DNA of 64,000 bases, taken from contig DASYFG010000004.1 of NCBI GenBank assembly GCA_036498565.1, forward strand, positions 694,102 to 758,101, in the 5' to 3' direction. Below, in pieces: positions 17,850-27,129 of the stretch. A program made the position numbers and the translations under genes. Within the stretch, counting starts at the first letter, position 1; each line of letters opens with the position of its first letter. The notes under the pieces were generated by a model. That model was not told the origin of the DNA. It worked only from the letters and a program-made list of their open reading frames with translations, and ran no database searches. The stretch comes from Lactobacillaceae bacterium. Its GTDB lineage: Bacteria > Bacillota > Bacilli > Lactobacillales > Lactobacillaceae.

Positions 17850-19352
17850 TTATTCTCCTAGTTGTAGCAACTTTTGCCATCGTTCATAGAATTTTTCAAC
17901 TGAGAAATACTGACTACGAGCAAAAACTTCTTGACGTACTTTCGGTGCCAAATGTTCTTGTTCCATTTCATTCGCCAAAGCTTCTGGCGTGCGTTCTTTA
18001 GCAATTCTACCTGATGTACGATCCAAAATTGTTGCTGGACCAAAATTAACAGGATAGCTAATAACTGGTGTCCCGTTGGCAATACTTTCAATAATAGCTA
18101 ACGGAAAGCCTTCATAAAAACTTGTATTCAAAGTAAAGTCAACCGCTTGATAAGCTTGGTCCACATTATCCGTAAATCCATGAAAAACAACTGCTTCGTC
18201 TAGTTTCAATTGAGACACTTGCGCTTGAAGCGCTTGTTCCAAGTCACCTTTTCCATAAATTTCCAATTGATACTCGGGATGACGTTGATGGAAAATTGCA
18301 AAAGCAGCAATTGCATCTTTTAGATTTTTTTGTTCTGCCAAGCGTCCAATGATGCCAACTTTGTATGTTTTATTATTGTTTAAACGCACATTGCCTTTAT
18401 CAAAGGCAGCATGTCCAATTACCTGAATATGTTGATCCAACACTGGCAATTCCGTGACAATACTTGCTTTTTGATCGTCGGTTAAAGCGACAATTTGTTC
18501 GTTTGGCTTCAAATCAGAGCGCAAAATACCTGAAAATGAACCCTTGATTCCGGAATGAATGTTTAGCGGATCATTCAAATGCGGATTATGTATCACAAAA
18601 ATTTTTAGAATATCCTTATTTATCAATCGCACCGGATAGTCCAACCCCCGAGCGTCGTTGATAATAATCGTACGTTCTGTCACTTTCTTATTCAACGCTT
18701 GGGCAATAAACCGTTTGAAGGTCACCAATTCTTGCGCTACGCCATTTTCATCAATATGCTGATAAAGTTTTTTATCATCTTCCAAAACTAATCGTGCAAA
18801 TGGCCGCAAATCTTGTGTCACATATTCTTGATAGTGGAGCTGCCAAGTACCCGGCAAATAATAACGAACACGTTTGACATTACCCATATCATTTAAAATC
18901 GCACGTTTAAATGGTCGACTTTGACTGACACCTTGAAAACTATCAATCGATTTAAGTTTTTGATGCGTTTCGTCTACATATCGGAGCGAAAAGACTTTCT
19001 CGCCTTGTTTCAAAAATTGAACAGATGTGCCCTTTACTTGACGCTCATAGTCGGTTTCATCTCCAAACTCCATCATCAAGTAGTCCTGATAATTATTTGT
19101 TACCTGTCCATCGAATTTACCTAATTCTTCAAAGAGATTGCCAATTGTAACATCAGCTAGAACATGACCTTTTTCATGGTATAAATCAAAAATTGTCTGA
19201 TAATTGTCATTTTGATTAGTTGAATATACCGTCACACGATAGTCATGATCCGCTAGAATACGCGCACGTTGCAACAAAGATTTTGTGCGTCCGCCGAATT
19301 TTTGCTGAAAGGTTGTCGTTAAAATCAAAATTTGTTTATCAGATGTCATCAT
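17850..19352 (-). CDS. GT4 glycosyltransferase, TarM/GtfA-like (wall-polymer glycosylation)
   Basis: E-x7-E motif 'EGFPLAIIESIANGTPVISY'. The N-terminal Rossmann start 'ILILTTTFQQKFGGRTKS' is followed by a ~130-aa inserted segment, as in TarM/GtfA-type enzymes. Confidence 0.8.
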   Translation of the reverse strand: MMTSDKQILILTTTFQQKFGGRTKSLLQRARILADHDYRVTVYSTNQNDNYQTIFDLYHEKGHVLADVTIGNLFEELGKFDGQVTNNYQDYLMMEFGDETDYERQVKGTSVQFLKQGEKVFSLRYVDETHQKLKSIDSFQGVSQSRPFKRAILNDMGNVKRVRYYLPGTWQLHYQEYVTQDLRPFARLVLEDDKKLYQHIDENGVAQELVTFKRFIAQALNKKVTERTIIINDARGLDYPVRLINKDILKIFVIHNPHLNDPLNIHSGIKGSFSGILRSDLKPNEQIVALTDDQKASIVTELPVLDQHIQVIGHAAFDKGNVRLNNNKTYKVGIIGRLAEQKNLKDAIAAFAIFHQRHPEYQLEIYGKGDLEQALQAQVSQLKLDEAVVFHGFTDNVDQAYQAVDFTLNTSFYEGFPLAIIESIANGTPVISYPVNFGPATILDRTSGRIAKERTPEALANEMEQEHLAPKVRQEVFARSQYFSVEKFYERWQKLLQLGE

Positions 19353-20786
19353 TTATTTTCCAGTAATTAATTGTGCAATTTTCTTTTCAACGATAGCTAG
19401 ACGCGTCGACACATCTTGCGACTCCGTATTCACTTCCGCTTTGGGAGCTGCTTCTAATTGTTTCTTTAACTTCCGTAATTCTTTTACTTCCGTCGTCAAA
19501 CGATCCATACGTTCTTTTTGCGCAATAACCTTTGCTTGTGAAATTTCATAACCATCATTAACACGTTGCAAAATTTCTTTTGGGTCCTTTAAGGCCGTCA
19601 TAGGTGTAACCGCATCCATTAGTTGAACTTTTGCTAATTGACGATCAAATTCTAACTCGACATGTTGATCATTCAAGCGATATTGATGATCAATTCCATT
19701 GTCATCAAGGAAGCGTACATAATTATCAAAGTTTTCCTTGTGATAACGTTCTGGCTCATGGAAATCAACGTTCTCAACCAGTTTTTCCAGTGACATTTCT
19801 GGATCAACCTTGCTTGCTTCAATACGTGGCAAGTGGTGGAATTCGGCTAATTCTTTCAAACGTGAACCATACATCATTGTCAATGTTGGTGTTCCTGCGT
19901 GCGTTGGTAAGACGTTTCCATGAATACGTGTTCCAATTGACAAGTCAATGTCTTCCATGTATTCAATCCACTTTGGCGCATTCAAGAAGAACTTAATGTT
20001 ACCGTTTTGGTACACAGTATCTGTTAACTTATTAGGGAAATTATCTACTTTATCACGAACCGTATTCGCCGTCACATCCATCATACCTGAATAAATCTTG
20101 GCAAATTCACCCATGTCTTGAGGAACATAAACTGCATCAGAGAATTGCTCTGGCAATTTATTCAAGAATTTCAATGCAGCTTGAGGCGCCTTAGGTGTCA
20201 TGTTGAAGGCAATCTTCATGTCGTCACTGTAATTGAAATCGCGAATTTTCAAATCAGATCCTAAGTTATAGAGCGTTGGATCACCAATTACTTGATAGTG
20301 TTCGCCTTCTTTATAACCGAGCGCCTTAAGGTATTGGCCTGTAATTTCACCACGTAGACCAAGGCGTGAAGATCGTTCCAATACGGCGTCCACAAAATCA
20401 CGCGTGACCTTATCAAATGGCCGCGTACCAGAAAAATCAGGATTCGCACTAAATGCACCACCAATTCCAACAACAACGACTGGAATCTTTAATTGCTTGA
20501 TGAACTTCGTAATACGCTTCATTTCATTAGCAAAGTGACCACCAAAATCATTAGCCATTGGTAGGATGTACATACTGTAATTTTCGTTAACAAAATCTGG
20601 GTCTGGCAATTTGTTACCGTACCAATCTGACACGACATTAACGTCAGCAGTCGTTAAGTTACGGAACAATCCAAATGGAAAGGCGACGTTTCCACTGTTA
20701 TTGTGGTAAGCGTTTAACTTCCAAGCATCCTTTGGTGAAATTGCTTCCAATGGTGATGGTACTGCGCGAATTAAAATATCTTTCAT
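19353..20786 (-). CDS. Polysaccharide pyruvyl-transferase-family protein with C-terminal coiled coil
   Basis: 'LGLRGEITGQYLKALGY...VIGDPTLY' and 'IGTRIHGNVLPTHAGTPTLTMMYGSRLKELAE' resemble PS_pyruv_trans motifs. The last ~70 aa are heptad-like and charged. Confidence 0.5.
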   Translation of the reverse strand: MKDILIRAVPSPLEAISPKDAWKLNAYHNNSGNVAFPFGLFRNLTTADVNVVSDWYGNKLPDPDFVNENYSMYILPMANDFGGHFANEMKRITKFIKQLKIPVVVVGIGGAFSANPDFSGTRPFDKVTRDFVDAVLERSSRLGLRGEITGQYLKALGYKEGEHYQVIGDPTLYNLGSDLKIRDFNYSDDMKIAFNMTPKAPQAALKFLNKLPEQFSDAVYVPQDMGEFAKIYSGMMDVTANTVRDKVDNFPNKLTDTVYQNGNIKFFLNAPKWIEYMEDIDLSIGTRIHGNVLPTHAGTPTLTMMYGSRLKELAEFHHLPRIEASKVDPEMSLEKLVENVDFHEPERYHKENFDNYVRFLDDNGIDHQYRLNDQHVELEFDRQLAKVQLMDAVTPMTALKDPKEILQRVNDGYEISQAKVIAQKERMDRLTTEVKELRKLKKQLEAAPKAEVNTESQDVSTRLAIVEKKIAQLITGK

Positions 20787-20864
20787 TATATAATTTCCTT
20801 ATTGTTCAAAATTAGATGAATACAACACTTTTAAAATACATTCAAATGTTATTTTAACCATGCT

Positions 20865-22235
20865 TTATTTATGTGGCATGCGTGCCCAAAAGTTTTCTTT
20901 GGTCGTTTGGCGGGTGCGGGCAATGCCCATCGCTTCATCCGGCAGATCTTCTGTAATCGTCGAACCCGCGGCGGTAATAATGCGGTCTCCCAGAGTCAAC
21001 GGCGCCACCAATTTCGTGTTGGAACCGATGAACGCATCATCGCCAATGGTTGTCTGATGCTTATTAACACCGTCATAATTGACAAAAATCGTGCCGGCGC
21101 CAATATTGACGTTCGCCCCAACGGTCGCATCGCCGACATAGCTCAAATGTCCAGCCTTTGTGTTCGCGCCCAACGCGGCGTTCTTCACTTCCACAAAGTT
21201 ACCCACGTGCACATTTTCCGCTAAGTGAGCGCCTTTGCGCAAGTGACCAAATGGCCCAATGTCACTGCCGTCAGCCATAACAGCACCGTGAATTTGTGAG
21301 GCATTAATGACGACGTTATCGCCAATTTGACTGTCTTCGATGCGGCTGCCGGCAGTGATTGTCACATTTTGACCGATTGTCGTGGCGCCTTTGATGACGA
21401 CGTTGGCTTCAATCAACGTGTCTTGGCCGATTTGTACGTCAGCGTCAATGTAGGTCGTTGCTGGGTCAACCAATTCCACGCCGCTTTGCATCAGCGCTTG
21501 GTTAATTCGACCGCGCATCACCCGGTTTGCCACTGACAAAGCCACGCGATCGTTGACACCCAAGGATTCGGTAAAATCATGCAACGTGTGCGCGCCAATT
21601 TGGTGGCCGTCACGGCGTAAAATGTCCAAGGTGTCAGGCAAATAATATTCGCCTTGGGCATTTTGATTGCCAACGCTGTCCAACGCTTCAAACAATAATT
21701 TGTTATCAAACACAAACACACCCGTGTTGATTTCACGGATTTTACGTTCGGTTGCCGACGCGTCTTTTTGTTCGACGATTTTCAACACATTGTCATCATC
21801 GCCGCGCACAATGCGCCCGTAACCCGTTGGATCTTCGGTGAACGCGGTCAAAACCGTCACGGCATTATGCGTGTTTTCGTGCGCTGCAATAAATTCCGCC
21901 AACGTTTCGGCGCGAAACATTGGTGTGTCGCCGGCCATAATCAACGTTACGCCATCTTTATCAACCAAATGCGCCCGCGTTTGCAACACGGCGTGCCCTG
22001 TCCCCAATTGTTCGGCTTGCAAGACAAATTGACTGCGTTCCCCAACGTAATCAACCACTTGTTCTGCGCCAACGCCCACAACTGTGAACAATTCTGCTGG
22101 TGCCAAGCCTTCAACTGCGCGTAACACCCAATCAATCATTGGTTGTCCCGCCACTTCATGCAACACTTTTGGGGTCGTTGATTTCATCCGCGAACCGCTG
22201 CCGGCCGCTAAAATCACCACATTAATTTTACTCAT
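20865..22235 (-). CDS. glmU: Bifunctional UDP-GlcNAc pyrophosphorylase / GlcN-1-P acetyltransferase
   Basis: N-terminus 'VVILAAGSGSRMKSTTPKVLHEVAGQPM' and a C-terminal hexapeptide-repeat domain. RBS AAGGAG lies upstream. Confidence 0.95.
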   Translation of the reverse strand: MSKINVVILAAGSGSRMKSTTPKVLHEVAGQPMIDWVLRAVEGLAPAELFTVVGVGAEQVVDYVGERSQFVLQAEQLGTGHAVLQTRAHLVDKDGVTLIMAGDTPMFRAETLAEFIAAHENTHNAVTVLTAFTEDPTGYGRIVRGDDDNVLKIVEQKDASATERKIREINTGVFVFDNKLLFEALDSVGNQNAQGEYYLPDTLDILRRDGHQIGAHTLHDFTESLGVNDRVALSVANRVMRGRINQALMQSGVELVDPATTYIDADVQIGQDTLIEANVVIKGATTIGQNVTITAGSRIEDSQIGDNVVINASQIHGAVMADGSDIGPFGHLRKGAHLAENVHVGNFVEVKNAALGANTKAGHLSYVGDATVGANVNIGAGTIFVNYDGVNKHQTTIGDDAFIGSNTKLVAPLTLGDRIITAAGSTITEDLPDEAMGIARTRQTTKENFWARMPHK

Positions 22236-22259
22236 GTAAGCTCCTTGTTACTTTTCTAT

Positions 22260-22268
22260 TGATATAAT
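22260..22268 (+). promoter_or_regulatory. Extended -10 promoter-like element on the plus strand (TGaTATAAT)
   Basis: TG at 22260-22261 and TATAAT at 22263-22268. TTGTTA at 22245-22250 is only 12 nt away, so the -35 is poor. Confidence 0.3.
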
Positions 22269-22310
22269 ACTGCCTGCCATCAGGGTGCTAAACATGCTTC
22301 TATTATGTAC

Positions 22311-22345
22311 ATCATTTTCTATGTGTAAACGAAAATGATTTTTTA
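22311..22345 (+). terminator. Plus-strand intrinsic-terminator-like hairpin in the glmU upstream spacer
   Basis: Stem atcattttc (22311-22319) / gaaaatgat (22331-22339), 11-nt loop, then ttttt. There is no U-tail in the minus orientation. Confidence 0.4.
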
Positions 22346-22465
22346 ACTGTAGCGATAAGAGCAAGATAGTTTCAAACTCTATTGTATTCCTCTGAAAATA
22401 TCTATCCTGGTTTATAATAGAACGACGTATTTTTTTAATTCCCTGAATTTCTATTCTACATATTT

Positions 22466-23878
22466 TTACTGTTCCCAAATTTCCCAAAGTTTATCAGCAA
22501 TTATTTGATACCCATATTTATTAAGATGCGTGACATCCAAGAATACATCTTGTTCATATCCACGAGGATGGTTGAAAAGTTCCTGGGCATTCAGATAAAG
22601 ATCAAATTGCGCTCGCTGTGTCTCATTTAGAGGGATATGTGATCCAAAAATAACAACATCGTCTTCATTGAAATCTGTCTTTTGTACATAATTTGTTGCA
22701 CGGACAAAATCATTCATGGAAAAGTTTGCTTTATTTTCAACAGTAAGATTAGAATTTTGAGCAAACAATGCTGGAATAGTATGACTATCATCACTTCCGA
22801 TTCCGTACATCACACTGTTTCCAAAAAAGTATGCTATCCCTCGGCCGTTTATCATCTTGTCACCGTTTTCAGGTATCAGACGTTGACCATTATGCACATT
22901 TGCGTATGCACTTTGATAATCAACTAGAGTGTCATAGCCTTCGTGATTGTCCAATTGCCATCCATAAACCACATCTTGATTATAGTCATTATCAAATTCA
23001 CTCAAGGCTGCTGGAAACCTATTTTGGGCCGCATTCGCTCTAATTTCCCGAATAGTAGTTTTCGCTGCGACTATTTCACTTGGCGTTGGATTAATAACAT
23101 CTTTAGCCAATGGAAATTGAATATAAATAGTCCTATTTGGCAAGGTGGCAAGCGGTTCAACCAGATATTTACTAACAAACGCTTCTTGTACTAAGTCGGC
23201 AATTTTGTAAACAATCGCGCCACTGTTAATTGCTTCATCAACATATTTTTTAGTGCCAAATGAATCAACAACAATTAACATGTCCTCTTGTGTTAATTGT
23301 GCCTGTTTGATGAGCTTGGTTTCACTCCGAAACGTCATTGAAAACAAGTAACCAAACTGTTCCGTTTTAGCAGAAAAGAGGCGTGGCCTAGGTAGTTTCC
23401 CTTCAAAAAAGTGTCCGGCAAAAATAGTGTTCGTTACTGCATGTTTAGCAGCTGATGTCACAACATTGAGCCGTTTACTACCCAGCTTTTTTAACAAAAA
23501 TTGGTTGAAAAAATCTGGTCCAATAATATATAACTGCTGCAATAATTTATCGACATCATAACTTGTTTCACGTGACTTTTGCAACGCGTCACTTAATTTA
23601 TTATCCGTCTGCATTAAATCAGCCATCGTAATTGGTAAACGTTGTGTTTTTTGGTACGGCTGTTTTTGTTCTGGAATATAGATATTGGCAAAATAAGTTC
23701 CAGGTTCAGTAATATCGACTTGATACGTTGTATCTGATACCCAGCCTGAAATGGCAACGCGCTGTTTATTATTTTTATATAAATCGTCTTGTCGCCACAA
23801 ATGAACAGAATATTTAGCTAGATGCTTTTCATTATAAAAAATAATCTGACGACTTTCTGTAGCAAATTCTAATTTCAT
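22466..23878 (-). CDS. Hypothetical protein with C-terminal SGNH/GDSL-like hydrolase or acyl-esterase domain
   Basis: Block-I-like 'AYFFGNSVMYGIG' and block-V-like 'DVTHLNKYGYQIIA' (DxxH). No TM segment or signal peptide. The ~330-aa N-terminal region is unassigned. Confidence 0.55.
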   Translation of the reverse strand: MKLEFATESRQIIFYNEKHLAKYSVHLWRQDDLYKNNKQRVAISGWVSDTTYQVDITEPGTYFANIYIPEQKQPYQKTQRLPITMADLMQTDNKLSDALQKSRETSYDVDKLLQQLYIIGPDFFNQFLLKKLGSKRLNVVTSAAKHAVTNTIFAGHFFEGKLPRPRLFSAKTEQFGYLFSMTFRSETKLIKQAQLTQEDMLIVVDSFGTKKYVDEAINSGAIVYKIADLVQEAFVSKYLVEPLATLPNRTIYIQFPLAKDVINPTPSEIVAAKTTIREIRANAAQNRFPAALSEFDNDYNQDVVYGWQLDNHEGYDTLVDYQSAYANVHNGQRLIPENGDKMINGRGIAYFFGNSVMYGIGSDDSHTIPALFAQNSNLTVENKANFSMNDFVRATNYVQKTDFNEDDVVIFGSHIPLNETQRAQFDLYLNAQELFNHPRGYEQDVFLDVTHLNKYGYQIIADKLWEIWEQ

Positions 23879-23887
23879 AAGTCACTC

Positions 23888-24700
23888 CTATTTCAGATAA
23901 AAACGGTTGGTCGCTTTTGTCAATTTTTGGAAAAACAACAAACGTTGTTCGCATGTCATTTTGGCTAGTTTTTCTTGCATGGGCTTAATATTAAGTGTAT
24001 GCGCGTCTAAGTAAAAGGTTGGTACTGTTTTTTCATGTATCGTATCAAACTTTCCCACTAGTGTATCCTCAAACCTATGTCCACTACGTGAATCAAATGA
24101 AACATTCTCTTTTAAGAGCTTAGCTGGTGATCCACCCCACAACGTGTGAGAAGGGTAATATTTCCCTGTTAATAGCGATCGACGAGCAAAGACTGAACCA
24201 CTTCCAACTATGGCCTTTTTCCCAACAAAAAATTCACGTCCGAACCAATTATGATCTCCAATAAAAATGTCAGCAGCATTATTTATGCGTTGTCCTGACT
24301 CCAGATCATATAGTAAATGAACGTCCGTTGTCTCTAAACTACCATCTGTTGAAAATAAATTGTCTCTCCCTATAAAAATATTTGTCTGTTCTGACGCCAC
24401 TAGCCGCACTATTCCATTGAAAAAGTTATTTTCACCAATATAGATATATGCACTATTAGATATAAATAAATCCATAGGTAATTTTCGGATTGGATAGTCT
24501 TCGATATAAACCAAACTATTATTTCCAAAAAAAGTCAGTTTTCCTGCCGAAATGTTGACAGCACCATTCACAACTAGATGATTATTTTCTCCGTGAAATG
24601 TTATCTTCACATTTGGACTCAATGTGAAATCACCAGTAATTTTATTACCATTTTCACTAACAAATGTTTTTATGTTCGCTTGTGTAACAATTTCAATCAT
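23888..24700 (-). CDS. Hexapeptide-repeat (left-handed beta-helix) acyl/acetyltransferase
   Basis: 'IFIGDHNWFGREFFVGKKAIVGSGSVFARRSLLTGKYYPSHTLWGGSPAKLL' is typical of the LbH acetyltransferase C-terminus. Confidence 0.75.
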   Translation of the reverse strand: MIEIVTQANIKTFVSENGNKITGDFTLSPNVKITFHGENNHLVVNGAVNISAGKLTFFGNNSLVYIEDYPIRKLPMDLFISNSAYIYIGENNFFNGIVRLVASEQTNIFIGRDNLFSTDGSLETTDVHLLYDLESGQRINNAADIFIGDHNWFGREFFVGKKAIVGSGSVFARRSLLTGKYYPSHTLWGGSPAKLLKENVSFDSRSGHRFEDTLVGKFDTIHEKTVPTFYLDAHTLNIKPMQEKLAKMTCEQRLLFFQKLTKATNRFYLK

Positions 24701-27029
24701 CTTCTAGTAGACCTCTCACCACACGATAAATGCGGTCGTTTGCTTTTTGATCCTCATAAGCGTACAAATTATATGCCTGCCCAGCTCTGAATTCATCTGC
24801 TAAAGCCGGATTTTCAATAGCCTCAGTTAGTGCACTGAGTAACTCTGTCTCAGTGAAATAAATGTCTCCTGGAATATATGGCAAAGCTTCTAAATCACCA
24901 CTATCTGAACTTTTGTCAAAATTGTAATACAACACTTTTCGATTCAAAAGGGAAAAATCATTACCAACGCTCGAAAAATCGGTAATTAATACATCATGAT
25001 CAATCATCAATTCTTGAACAGTATGCTCGCCTTCTTTAATGACATTAATCGTCTCAATATCTTCAAATAAGTGAGAAAAATGTTGAAAGTTATGATGCAA
25101 ATAAAAACTAACTTCTACATTCTCTGTTAATGATTTAAATGCCTGACTAGCAAGCAAATGATGCCATCCTAAGAAAAAGTGTGTCACCTGAAACTCTTCA
25201 TCTGAAAGGACATTTTGCCCTTTTCGCCAAGAAGGCATAACTAAGATACGTTTTCCTTCTGTAACTTTTGTATGGCGGTGTGCCATTAACTTATCAAATC
25301 GACTTAAACCCGTCACCACTACTTCTTTGTCCTGATACCCATATTCCAATACTAACTCTTTCTCTCGTTCAGAGGAAACGATGAAACGATTCGTAAAGTA
25401 GTCATTTTTCCCATAAAGAGTACTTAAATTACGTACTCCTAAAATAATACCATGTTGTAAAAACACTTTTTTAACCGCTTTACGTCTTTGCTTGCTTATC
25501 TCTGTATCAACTGGATATGCATATAAAGAAGAATGTGAATGAGCGATAACATTAGCATTAAACATAAGTTCAACATGTTGAGCACTACGGAAATAGACAA
25601 TATTATTTTCAAACTCTCGCAAGTTTTTTAAATCAGGACTAGTCTGATTAATAACATAGTATGCGTCTACTTCTTCGCGACGATTCCTCATTAAGTATTC
25701 AAAAAACGCCAATCCTGTATCTTGAGCTTTATCAACATATTCAGATACCAAAACAATAGGCTTTTCTTCCATGGATGACTCTTCTTGTGTCATCATTTTA
25801 TTTTTAAGCTCAATATAACGCTTATAAGCACTGTTTGGTAAGAAAGAAAATCTAGCCGATAACTTATGGTTAGCATTATTATACAGAGACAACAGCTGCA
25901 TATTATTAGCGTCTAGTGGTACCCAGTGCTCGTCGTCCTGCTGAATGTTATCAAATTCACGCAACCGTAGTCGCAAATCAATCTCTGGTAAAGCATCCCA
26001 AATCGGCCGATACCAAAAGTCAAAAATATTTTGATCATAATCATATACGTCAAAATTTGTATGCGCTACAACGGGGAAATCAGTCAAGCTAACCAGACTT
26101 GTTATAAATTGATTACCTTGCCGATACGCACGAATATCCAATTTTTCCTTGGACTTGCGATTGTATACTTCAAATTGTAATGCGTCCGCTTCAACATGTT
26201 CAACATCGTCTAATACAAATCGAACTTGTCCCTCAACTTCTTCAATAGTATGCAAACTAACCTTATTTCGAAGCGCTCTTTTTTTAATGGTATCAATCAT
26301 TCGATGTGTTTCAGTTAAATATACTGCCAAACGATTATTAATCGAAAAGTATCCAGCTAAAGACTGATTTTCGCCTAAGTTTGACAAATGAAGTAGATTT
26401 TTTCGTTCATTATATGGAGTGTATAATCGATAATTTATTCCCTGTGATTCTACAAAAACGTACCAACGTGATCCAACTACCCCTGCTACTTTTTCAGGGA
26501 AATCAGAAAAATTAATTTCTATTGTTTGCTGTTTAAATTCTGTTGCCAAAGTCACACTATCTGTATCATCATTTTGATTACGCAGCACCAATTTGGGATT
26601 AACTAATTGTTTCATTGCTTTTTTAGGGACGCGCAACACTAGCTTACCTAAAGTCGATGTTTGTTCTAATAAAACAATATCTCGTGTTTTTTTACTTATT
26701 GAAGCGCGATTACTTTGCAAAAAATATACAGGGTCTTCCGAGCGTTTCCACCCAAAAACAATGTTCGGTTGTTCTTCAATTATTAATTCAGCATCTTCAT
26801 TGAATGTCAAAAATGCTTCTGTACCATTTTGATACCGTACCCAAATGCCATACATACCATAATCTGGAATATGCTCAACATCAACGATCACACTAGTGTC
26901 TGTGTTTTGAATTATTGGCAATGTATAGCGAACGTCACTCTTATTAACAGCAAATATATTTGCAACATTTATGGTATCGAAAAATAGATGTACCTGCTCA
27001 GCGATGATAACTTTTTCTAACATAATCAT
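24693..27029 (-). CDS. CDP-glycerol glycerophosphotransferase, TagF family, with ~400-aa N-terminal extension
   Basis: 'VLITDFSSVGNDFSLLNRKVLYYNFD' and 'FLQHGIILGVRN'. Start set at ATG 27029 (AAAGGAGA upstream). Confidence 0.8.
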   Translation of the reverse strand: MIMLEKVIIAEQVHLFFDTINVANIFAVNKSDVRYTLPIIQNTDTSVIVDVEHIPDYGMYGIWVRYQNGTEAFLTFNEDAELIIEEQPNIVFGWKRSEDPVYFLQSNRASISKKTRDIVLLEQTSTLGKLVLRVPKKAMKQLVNPKLVLRNQNDDTDSVTLATEFKQQTIEINFSDFPEKVAGVVGSRWYVFVESQGINYRLYTPYNERKNLLHLSNLGENQSLAGYFSINNRLAVYLTETHRMIDTIKKRALRNKVSLHTIEEVEGQVRFVLDDVEHVEADALQFEVYNRKSKEKLDIRAYRQGNQFITSLVSLTDFPVVAHTNFDVYDYDQNIFDFWYRPIWDALPEIDLRLRLREFDNIQQDDEHWVPLDANNMQLLSLYNNANHKLSARFSFLPNSAYKRYIELKNKMMTQEESSMEEKPIVLVSEYVDKAQDTGLAFFEYLMRNRREEVDAYYVINQTSPDLKNLREFENNIVYFRSAQHVELMFNANVIAHSHSSLYAYPVDTEISKQRRKAVKKVFLQHGIILGVRNLSTLYGKNDYFTNRFIVSSEREKELVLEYGYQDKEVVVTGLSRFDKLMAHRHTKVTEGKRILVMPSWRKGQNVLSDEEFQVTHFFLGWHHLLASQAFKSLTENVEVSFYLHHNFQHFSHLFEDIETINVIKEGEHTVQELMIDHDVLITDFSSVGNDFSLLNRKVLYYNFDKSSDSGDLEALPYIPGDIYFTETELLSALTEAIENPALADEFRAGQAYNLYAYEDQKANDRIYRVVRGLLEDD

Positions 27030-27129
27030 TTTCCATTCTCCTTTTCCAGCTATTCTCAACTCATTTCAATTATTTGATGTCAAATAATCTATTGTAATTT
27101 TAAAGAACATAAAGACGCGCTATGTTTAC

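Noticed and set aside
22248-22487. 79-aa minus-strand ORF in the glmU upstream spacer
   Set aside because: It lies in AT-rich sequence and overlaps the 3' end of the upstream gene. It has no RBS and a low-complexity translation.
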